Of a DNA stretch of 55,689 nucleotides, positions 48,645-55,689 are shown one piece after another. Source of the DNA: Candidatus Methanophagaceae archaeon GoMg1 (lineage in GTDB: Archaea > Halobacteriota > Syntropharchaeia > Alkanophagales > Methanospirareceae); NCBI GenBank assembly GCA_013180605.1, contig QBUL01000187.1:1-55689 (forward strand), in the 5' to 3' direction. Positions within the stretch are counted from its first letter, which is position 1, and the number at the start of each line of letters is the position of its first letter. The translations under genes and the position numbers were made by a program. The notes beneath the pieces were generated by a model, which saw only the letters and a program-made list of their open reading frames with translations, ran no database searches and was not told the DNA's origin.

Positions 48645-49094
48645 ATGACTGTTTTAGGTGGACTTTTCAAACAGCAAAGAACGCGGTATAGAATAAACGA
48701 GGATGAGAAATTTTATTTGATGAGTTGTTCCGATTTACTGGGTGGGATAGCTCCTGTTATAGACGGCGTGGTGACCATGCATGACTTCTTCTGGGAGAAA
48801 ATCGCAGAGCCCAAATATGAAGAAGAGATGAAAAAGTGTGGAAGTGCTGCAAAGAGCAGACTTAGTGAGGCAGAGTACATTAAGGCACCGCAGCGGTGTA
48901 AAGAGATGCATGAGCACCTTGTGAATGGGCTCAGATATTTTGTGGATTCTTATAACGAATCGCTGGTTTTTTTAACGGATAAGCAAAGGGAACACATAGC
49001 AAAAGCGATAGAATTAGCGCTGTTAGGGAGCGCGGAACTCAGAGATGGAAATAGGCAGTGGGAAAAGATAAAAGAGGATGTACGGGTTGAGTAG
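48645..49094 (+). CDS. Hypothetical helical protein
   Basis: 149-aa ORF with ggaggg SD, same strand as neighbours. Confidence 0.6.
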   Translation: MTVLGGLFKQQRTRYRINEDEKFYLMSCSDLLGGIAPVIDGVVTMHDFFWEKIAEPKYEEEMKKCGSAAKSRLSEAEYIKAPQRCKEMHEHLVNGLRYFVDSYNESLVFLTDKQREHIAKAIELALLGSAELRDGNRQWEKIKEDVRVE

Positions 49095-49157
49095 TACACA
49101 CATTGCAAAATGCAAAGTGTAAAATGTAAAATGATAAGTGCAAAGTCAAAGTGAGAA

Positions 49158-50678
49158 ATGGTAAGTGCAGACATTAAAGAGGGGAGAAGGGACGAAGTAG
49201 CAGAGCTTGCACGTAGAAGAGGATTTCTGTGGCTGGCTTTTGAGATATACGGGGGTGCTGCGGGGTTCTACGACTATGCCCCTCTGGGTGCATTACTGAA
49301 ACGGCGGGTGGAAACCGCGTGGCGAGATTTCTATACGAGAGAGGGTTTTTATGAGATAGAGACGACAAGCGTTGCGCCGAGGGATGTATTTGAGGCATCA
49401 GGGCACTTAGAAAGTTTTACGGACAGGACAGTGGTGTGCAAGCACTGCAAGACCTTTTTTCGTGTGGATGAGGGTATAGATATAAATAAGTCCTGCCCTG
49501 AATGTGGTGGAGAACTTGAAGCGGCAGGTGAGTTTAATCTGATGTTCCAGACGAGAATAGGCGTGCCAAAAGGCGAAAGGGGTGGAAAGGTGCTGGACAA
49601 AAGCGAAGGTTATCTGCGACCTGAGACAGCGCAGGGGACTTTTCTCAATTTCCCGCGATTGCTGAGGTTCAATCGCGATAAGCTGCCTTTTGGTGTAATT
49701 CAGATAGGGAAAGCATACAGAAACGAGATTTCACCAAGACAGAGCCTTATTCGACTGCGTGAATTCACAATAGCAGAAGCGGAGGTTTTTGTATATCCCG
49801 AGGAGAAAAACAAACATCCGCGGTTTGAAGAGGTGAAGGAAAGAAAGCTGAGGTTAGTTCCTGGTGAAGGAGCGCAAGCCCAAGAGGAGATGGAAAAGAC
49901 CGTGGAAGAAGCAGTTAGGAGCGGAACAATCGCAAATGAGTATTTAGGGTATCATATAGCGAAGGTAGATGAATTTTTGGAGGGGATAGGAATTCCACGG
50001 GATAAACTGAGGTTCCGACAACATGAGCCGGAAGAGATGGCGCATTATGCACAAGATTGCTGGGATGCGGAATTCTTTAGCGATAGATATAGCTGGATGG
50101 AGATTGTAGGTGTGGCGGATAGGGGGGATTATGACCTTTCGTCACATGCATCATATTCGAATACCGATATGGGTGTGTATCCTCAATTGCAATCTCAAGT
50201 GCAAGCCGAAGGCGAAGCGGAGAAGGCAAAGGCGAAGATTATACCGCACGTGATTGAACCCTCTTATGGAATAGATCGGATAATCTATGCGTTACTGGAA
50301 AGTTCGTTTTACAAGGAGCAAGTGGGGAAAGAGAAAAGAAAAGTGCTGAGGTTTAAGAAGGAAATGGCACCGATAAGAGCGGCGGTGTTCCCATTGCTCA
50401 ATCGGGATGAGTTGAAGCGTAAAGCAAAGGAAGTGTTCCAGGACTTGAGAAATGAGGTGATATCCGTTGAATATGACGATTCGGGCAGTATTGGCAGGCG
50501 GTATCGGCGTCAGGACGAGATAGGCACGCCTTATTGTGTCACCATAGATTACGATACGCTGGAAGACGATACGGTAACAATAAGGGAAAGAGACACGATG
50601 AAACAGATTAGGGTTCCGGTAGCGGAAGTAAAAGAGGTGCTGTTAAAAGGAAGTTACGGAACGGGAAAACAATTATAA
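49158..50678 (+). CDS. glyS: Glycine-tRNA ligase (alpha2 type)
   Basis: LRPETAQG, RNEISPR, AHYA, EPSYGIDR and SIGRRYRRQDEIG motifs. Confidence 0.96.
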   Translation: MVSADIKEGRRDEVAELARRRGFLWLAFEIYGGAAGFYDYAPLGALLKRRVETAWRDFYTREGFYEIETTSVAPRDVFEASGHLESFTDRTVVCKHCKTFFRVDEGIDINKSCPECGGELEAAGEFNLMFQTRIGVPKGERGGKVLDKSEGYLRPETAQGTFLNFPRLLRFNRDKLPFGVIQIGKAYRNEISPRQSLIRLREFTIAEAEVFVYPEEKNKHPRFEEVKERKLRLVPGEGAQAQEEMEKTVEEAVRSGTIANEYLGYHIAKVDEFLEGIGIPRDKLRFRQHEPEEMAHYAQDCWDAEFFSDRYSWMEIVGVADRGDYDLSSHASYSNTDMGVYPQLQSQVQAEGEAEKAKAKIIPHVIEPSYGIDRIIYALLESSFYKEQVGKEKRKVLRFKKEMAPIRAAVFPLLNRDELKRKAKEVFQDLRNEVISVEYDDSGSIGRRYRRQDEIGTPYCVTIDYDTLEDDTVTIRERDTMKQIRVPVAEVKEVLLKGSYGTGKQL

Positions 50679-50698
50679 GTATAGCCATTCCAAAAAAT

Positions 50699-50889
50699 AT
50701 TAACCACAAGATTACACATCGTGGGCTCTGCCCACGTCCCCGCAAACCCAGAAAGGGTTTATTCCACGAGAGAATAATATTCTGTAAAAATACTGTTTCA
50801 GGGTTCTATATGTGTTTTTATCCATTATTAATCCCCCTCTCTTGTGTTAATCTTGTGAAATCTCGTGGTTCATTATTTACAATTTATTA
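50699..50889. repeat. AACCACRAGATT inverted-repeat element, copy 1
   Basis: Shares both ends with 52927-53109. Confidence 0.75.
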
Positions 50890-50896
50890 TCCAGTC

Positions 50897-51266
50897 TTAT
50901 TTTCCCGTGCCTGGCGGGTATTTCTCTTTTAAAACCGAAAATGCTTTTTTTCAGGTCTTCTTTTCTTTCTTCAATGTCTTCAACATGGGCTATTCCAAAT
51001 CTCCTGAACGCCCTTCACAGTTCCTTTGCAACTTCCGATTTGTGTATCCAGAAACAATATGAGCAACTCCAAATACGCCCTCCATCCTTCTTGAGCACCC
51101 ATTCCCCTCCTGTTTGTTCGTCTTCACAGGGATAAAAGGGGCAGAAACACCACGTGCAATCCTGACCTGTAAAATGACAGGGATAATATTCACACGTTTC
51201 GTCGGGTCCTACGAGTTTCTTATCCTTCAATACCCTTTTCAAGCGTTCATAAGCGAGTGGATGCAT
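50897..51266 (-). pseudogene. Cysteine-rich small domain protein, disrupted
   Basis: CEYYPCH..GQDCTWCFCPFYPC; in-frame TGA at 51015-51017 and an apparent extra A near 50945. Confidence 0.7.
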
Positions 51267-51282
51267 TTTCGGTAAAAGGGTT

Positions 51283-51652
51283 CTATACAGATTTTGACAT
51301 TGCCGCCTTGATAATGTCAATGACTTCAATCAAGTTCACTTTGTCACATGTCCTAACACCTTCTGGAGTGTGCAAGTGAAATGGAAAAGAGGAAATCTCC
51401 TTGTGATGAGGTGCGCTGTCCCATCGTTTGATCAATCTATTATTTCCATTCATAAAATGAAAGCGATAATCTGTGTGTTCCATAGATACTAACTCCCTGA
51501 AGTCTAAGGAATAGTTGTTAACAAAAACGACTTTACCTTTGATAATGCCCATTTCCTCGGAAACTAAACTGAATTCGATGCTTTTCTTTTTTATTAACCA
51601 TTTACACTCCTCTAACTTTTTTTTCCACCTCACTAAAATAGTCCCGGATCAT
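51283..51652 (-). CDS. DUF6516/TumE-like toxin (apparent +1 frameshift near the start)
   Basis: YRFH...RWDSAPHH.....PFHLH; MIRDYFSEVEK rejoins the frame if A8 is A7. Confidence 0.75.
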
Positions 51653-51667
51653 AAATCATATCTGCAT

Positions 51668-51940
51668 TTATATTAATATCCCTTCTAAGAGCTTTAACTT
51701 CTTCCTCACGTGTTCATAGGCTCTGTAAGCGAAGAGGAAATCAAACCACTCTGCATCATCGCCCAAGTCGCCAGAGTCAAACTTTTGAATAAATTCCTCT
51801 CTCGACATTTTATATTTCTTCTCAAAAGTCTCCAAATCCTTTTTATATTCGTATAAACTTATTTTCAATAGATTTTCTTCAATCGCCAGCCCAGACTTGA
51901 TGATGGGTATCTCCTCTTTCTGAATCTTTATCGTTGCCAT
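51668..51940 (-). CDS. Putative antitoxin partner
   Basis: FEKKYKMS.EEF..KF.SG.LGDD motif; directly upstream of the toxin. Confidence 0.7.
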   Translation of the reverse strand: MATIKIQKEEIPIIKSGLAIEENLLKISLYEYKKDLETFEKKYKMSREEFIQKFDSGDLGDDAEWFDFLFAYRAYEHVRKKLKLLEGILI

Positions 51941-51956
51941 ATTTTCACTACTCTTT

Positions 51957-52923
51957 TTATTTATTATAACACTTACTAATAGGATATGAAAAACCGCAAA
52001 TGTTACAATGGAAGCAATTTTTTGGCATTCCCGCCTTGCATAGCGGACATACATTCGCCTTTACCTTCGGCTTTGGAACTTCATCCACAACCTCTTTATA
52101 TATCTCGTAGAAGAAGAGATGCTCTTTATTCATGAATTCCATCTCATATTCTCTTTTCTTCGCATCGAACTCAGCATCCGAGATTTTCAAAGCGATAATA
52201 TCCCGTAGCTTTGTTGTTCCAGAACCGAACTCTATCGGTTCTTTTTCTCTCCATGCTACCTCACCCAATTCTTTTTCATACGCCTTTCTTAATATCCATT
52301 TCCCATATTTTCTCCCTTTTATTTCCTTTACCTTCAAGTCTGGACTCATATCGAGAGCGAATTCAACAATTTCTTTATCAAGATACGGCTGTTTTATCTT
52401 CACACCGAGAAAATCACCAAGTTTGTTAGAGGAGAAATACATCGTTTTTGAAAGATTTATTATGTATTTATTCAACTCTTTGTGTGAGAGTTCGTGCATG
52501 TAAGAATAACCAGCAAAAAGCTCGTCTGCACCATCTCCGGTCATTACGCTTTCTATTCCTAAATTCTTTGCTTCTTTTATTGCCACGTAGATAGCCAAAT
52601 CATTGGGAAGAGCAGGATCAAAACTTCTGACCGCTTTTATCACATTCCCAGATTTTTTCTAATGCTTCATTTTCTGCTATGCGGATCAAATGATGCTCAT
52701 AAAGGAACCTCTGAGCCATCCTTTTTGCATATTCAAGGTCAGGAGCAGGAGTTCCTGCTAAGGATACCGTAAGTGCTTTCTTGTTTCTTCCAGCGTCTTT
52801 AGAAACGGCAGCTAAAATGCTCGTGTCTAATCCGCCAGAAAGTAGCAATGCCTCTGCAGCGTTTCTCTCAACAGCGTCACTTAATAGTTCTCTTAGCCTG
52901 CTGCATACCTCCTCTTCTTTCAT
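51957..52923 (-). pseudogene. Asparagine synthase C-terminal-like PP-loop ATPase with Zn ribbon, frameshifted
   Basis: LSGGLDTS, TGDGADELFAGY, PYLD, KWILR and CPLC..CNIC motifs; split near 52650. Confidence 0.8.
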
Positions 52924-52926
52924 GAG

Positions 52927-53109
52927 TTAACCACGAGATTACACAACACTTTTTCTTTTTTGCAAAAAGAAAACCTGTGCTAAAAGAAAAACTATGGAAC
53001 TATTTTTAGTCAAGGTTTTTACCGAAGGTAAAAAAGTTGTTGGTAAAGCTTTTCTTTCTAATAAAAAGTTTCTCGTGAAATCTCGCGGTTCATTATTTGC
53101 AATTTATTA
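52927..53109. repeat. AACCACRAGATT element copy 2 with nested AT-rich repeat
   Basis: Ends as at 50699; interior matches about 4200-4301 in reverse complement. Confidence 0.8.
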
Positions 53110-53133
53110 CTGGAATGACTATAATACGACAAG

Positions 53134-53859
53134 ATGAAAGAGAGTTTCAGGTTAAAAGAAACTTTCGTATGGATAACCGCGGATGAAAAGAGGTACATAG
53201 AGATAGCAAAAGAGGAACTAAAACGACGTAGGAACGATTTGGAGCGGTTTACGCGATGGCACCCGTATTTCCTTGTAACGCTCGAAGGTTACCCGATAAA
53301 ACAAACAGACATCGAGTTCGGGAGTGCCATAGGAAAGGACAAGATACCCGAGATAATAACAAGAATGACAGAATCCGCGGAAAAATTTGGTATTGGACCA
53401 ATGTCTGCAGTGGCAGGGACGTTGGCGGAGTTCGCGGTGGAAGCAATGCACGATGCAGGAGCGACTTATGCAATGGTGGATAATGGCGGTGACGTTGCAT
53501 TAATATGCGATAGGGAAGTACTGGTTGGTATATATGCGGGAGAAAGTCCCTTCTCAAACAGAATTGCACTTAAGCTGCACCCCTCTTCTTCCTTATTGGG
53601 TGTGTGCACGTCTTCAGGAACGGTGGGGCATTCTATAAGCTTCGGAAACGCCGATGCGGCAACCGTGATAAGCAATAGTGCATCTTTGTCTGATGCGGCA
53701 GCTACTGCGCTCGGTAATTCCGTAACCGACGCCCAGTCTGTCTCAAAAGCATTTGGGGTGATTAAATATGTGGAAGGCATCAAAGGTGCGCTTGTGATAT
53801 ATAAGGACACACTCGCAACATGGGGCGAAATTCCGGAGGTCGTGGAAACAAGAAAATAG
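53134..53859 (+). CDS. UPF0280 / ApbE-like protein
   Basis: GPMSAVAG, DNGGD, CTSSGTVGHSISFG and DAAATA motifs. Confidence 0.9.
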   Translation: MKESFRLKETFVWITADEKRYIEIAKEELKRRRNDLERFTRWHPYFLVTLEGYPIKQTDIEFGSAIGKDKIPEIITRMTESAEKFGIGPMSAVAGTLAEFAVEAMHDAGATYAMVDNGGDVALICDREVLVGIYAGESPFSNRIALKLHPSSSLLGVCTSSGTVGHSISFGNADAATVISNSASLSDAAATALGNSVTDAQSVSKAFGVIKYVEGIKGALVIYKDTLATWGEIPEVVETRK

Positions 53860-53867
53860 AAAATAAA

Positions 53868-54035
53868 TTGTTGACACAGATCAACGCAGATTAACACAGA
53901 TGAAACGAGCAAAGCCAATGCCACATTCCAAAATTTACCGCAGAGAACGCGGAATTAGAGGTTTCGTTTATTAGCGGTTCAGCTCGTTAGCTAAACCTCC
54001 AAACCGCTATCCTCTGTGAACTCTGCGGTTAATCT
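53868..54035. repeat. Composite repeat element, copy 2 (inverted)
   Basis: Outer parts nearly identical to 40934-41112; the loop differs. Confidence 0.85.
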
Positions 54036-54047
54036 GACATCGTCAAG

Positions 54048-55058
54048 TTATATCCTCAGCAGGGCAACTTCATTTTCGTCCAGCGGTGAAACAACTATTC
54101 TCTCTTTCCTTTGTTCTTGATCTCCGTGGAGTTCAGCCCCATGAAAGGGTTTATATTCCACTAATACTTCCTCTTTGGCACCCGCATCAGAATACCTCGC
54201 AGTCAATTTTGCTGCGACTTCAATCGCTTCTTTGCTCTTTTCACCTTCCAAAATCGTTATTGGGCTCCCGTAACCAAGCACCTCGAAAACATAATCCTCT
54301 GTGTTCTTCAAATCCAGTAAAAGCGTATTCTCTGCTTCATTTCTCCCTACTATTATTTTCGACGACCCGAACCGAAAATGCCTGCCTATTTTCAGTACTC
54401 TTACATCCCGCATCGTCACGCGTTCATTATGGTCGAACAAATCCCTCAGCTTAGATGCAAATTCGCGGTAGGTTAAGAGACAACCGCCAGAAGGAGTGGG
54501 GTACTCCTCTTCCAGAATGCCAAACTTCTTTGCAAGCGCAATCTGGGGCTTTCTGCTCTTTCCTTTTATATCCAGAAGCTTGCTCCTGTCCACCCAACCT
54601 TTTTGTTCCGGAATTGTTTCAGGGAGTAGTTTTGCGGATAGCGGTCTCAAAACCATTTTTTCCAATCCCGCTTCTTTTTCCTCGAGTTCCAATGCTTTCC
54701 TGTGCTGGCTCATGGGTCTTTCACCCAGAACATCGCCTGTAAAGATGAGATTGGCACCCACGTCTTTCGCAATCCGCTTCGCTTCTCGCAGCATATAAAT
54801 ATGACAATCTATACAGGGGTTCATCCCCGAGCCATAGCCATACTTAGGGTTTCGTACCATGTCAAGGTATTCTTCACCTGATTCTACCCGAACAAGCGGT
54901 ATCCCGAATTTCTTTGCCACCTCACCCGCATAATCCCTCTTCTCCGCAGTAACAGGCAAAATAAAAGTCACGGCTACAACCTCTATACCCTGGTCTAAGA
55001 CGAGCTTAGTCGCCAATATCGAATCTAAGCCGCCGGATAACAACGCTAACGCTTTCAT
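54048..55058 (-). CDS. ThiI/MnmA-like PP-loop tRNA sulfurtransferase with C-terminal NFACT-R-like domain
   Basis: SGGLDS, NPCIDC, GERPMSQ, GGCLLT, GRHFR and VGRN motifs. Confidence 0.8.
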   Translation of the reverse strand: MKALALLSGGLDSILATKLVLDQGIEVVAVTFILPVTAEKRDYAGEVAKKFGIPLVRVESGEEYLDMVRNPKYGYGSGMNPCIDCHIYMLREAKRIAKDVGANLIFTGDVLGERPMSQHRKALELEEKEAGLEKMVLRPLSAKLLPETIPEQKGWVDRSKLLDIKGKSRKPQIALAKKFGILEEEYPTPSGGCLLTYREFASKLRDLFDHNERVTMRDVRVLKIGRHFRFGSSKIIVGRNEAENTLLLDLKNTEDYVFEVLGYGSPITILEGEKSKEAIEVAAKLTARYSDAGAKEEVLVEYKPFHGAELHGDQEQRKERIVVSPLDENEVALLRI

Positions 55059-55107
55059 TACACTTTTTCTTTTTCATAAAAAGAAAACCTGTGCTAAAAG
55101 AAAAAAC

Positions 55108-55689
55108 GTATGTGTTTAGCTCCATCTACAACCATTTCATCCTTCTCACCTCAACAGCCATCTAAAATCCGGTTAAAACCGAAAAACTACTATATTATGA
55201 GAGCAATACCCTATTTAGAGAAGGATGGACAAAGACGAGATTATCAGACAACTCAAACGTGAGAATGAGCTGCTTAAGGCACGCATAGAGGAATTCGAGG
55301 CCCAACTGGCTAGATATGAGAACCCGCATGCCCCTCCAAGCATGAGACGCGGTGGCAATAGCAGAAGGAATCAGAAGAAAGGGCACAAAGGGGTGACGAG
55401 ACAACGGGCAGAACCAGATAGGCCGGTAGAGGTCCGGATGGGTCGATGCCCGTACTGCGATGCCGAGCTTGGTGATCCGGTCAGCGTGGGATCGAAGATT
55501 ATCGAGGAGATCCCAGAACCACAACCAGTTATCGTCACCGAATACAAAATTGCACATTATACATGTCCCCGGTGTCATAGAGAAGTCGTTGCAAGCGATC
55601 CCGACTGCCCAAAAGAAGGCATATTCGGTAATAACACGATAGCACAAGCGACAGTGCTGAAATACGAGGAGCGGTTGCCACACCGTAAG
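55108..55689 (+). mobile_element. IS66-family element, left end; transposase from ATG 55225, partial
   Basis: Coiled coil, PPS, GHKG, CPYC and CPRC motifs, G.FG; putative left end GTATGTGTTTAGC interrupts the AT-rich repeat. Confidence 0.85.

Noticed and set aside
51015-51017. In-frame TGA as selenocysteine
   Set aside because: Not in a Cys motif, no SECIS recognised, and a second lesion follows downstream.

Overview
Archaeal chromosomal window. Histone, family B polymerase, proteasome beta, aCPSF1, aIF5A, AroA'/AroB' and a PGF-CTERM protein point to a Methanomicrobia-like euryarchaeote; ANME-1/Methanophagales is my guess from gene content, not a search result. The housekeeping backbone includes ilvBNC, a 2-oxoacid:ferredoxin oxidoreductase with ADP-forming acyl-CoA synthetase, a Glu/Leu-type dehydrogenase, pyrF, glyS and a U32 pair. 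Many small mobile elements and pseudogenes are scattered through it. The main result is a dispersed integron-like cassette system. At least five intact cargo genes (HEPN-like, TIR-like, membrane and unknown) start at a GTT core and end at attC-like hairpins whose R'' end is complementary to the cassette's own start. Two different attI-like sites each occur twice (10.8 kb and 37.9 kb; 13.36 kb and 15.35 kb). The only integrase present is a dead IntI C-terminal remnant. A second family of GxxExxY-associated inverted-repeat elements sits at gene junctions and carries a conserved promoter-like flank. An uncalled 28-aa bS22/mS38-like ORF with an ATT start lies upstream of aIF5A. All calls come from reading the sequence by eye; no database searches were run.
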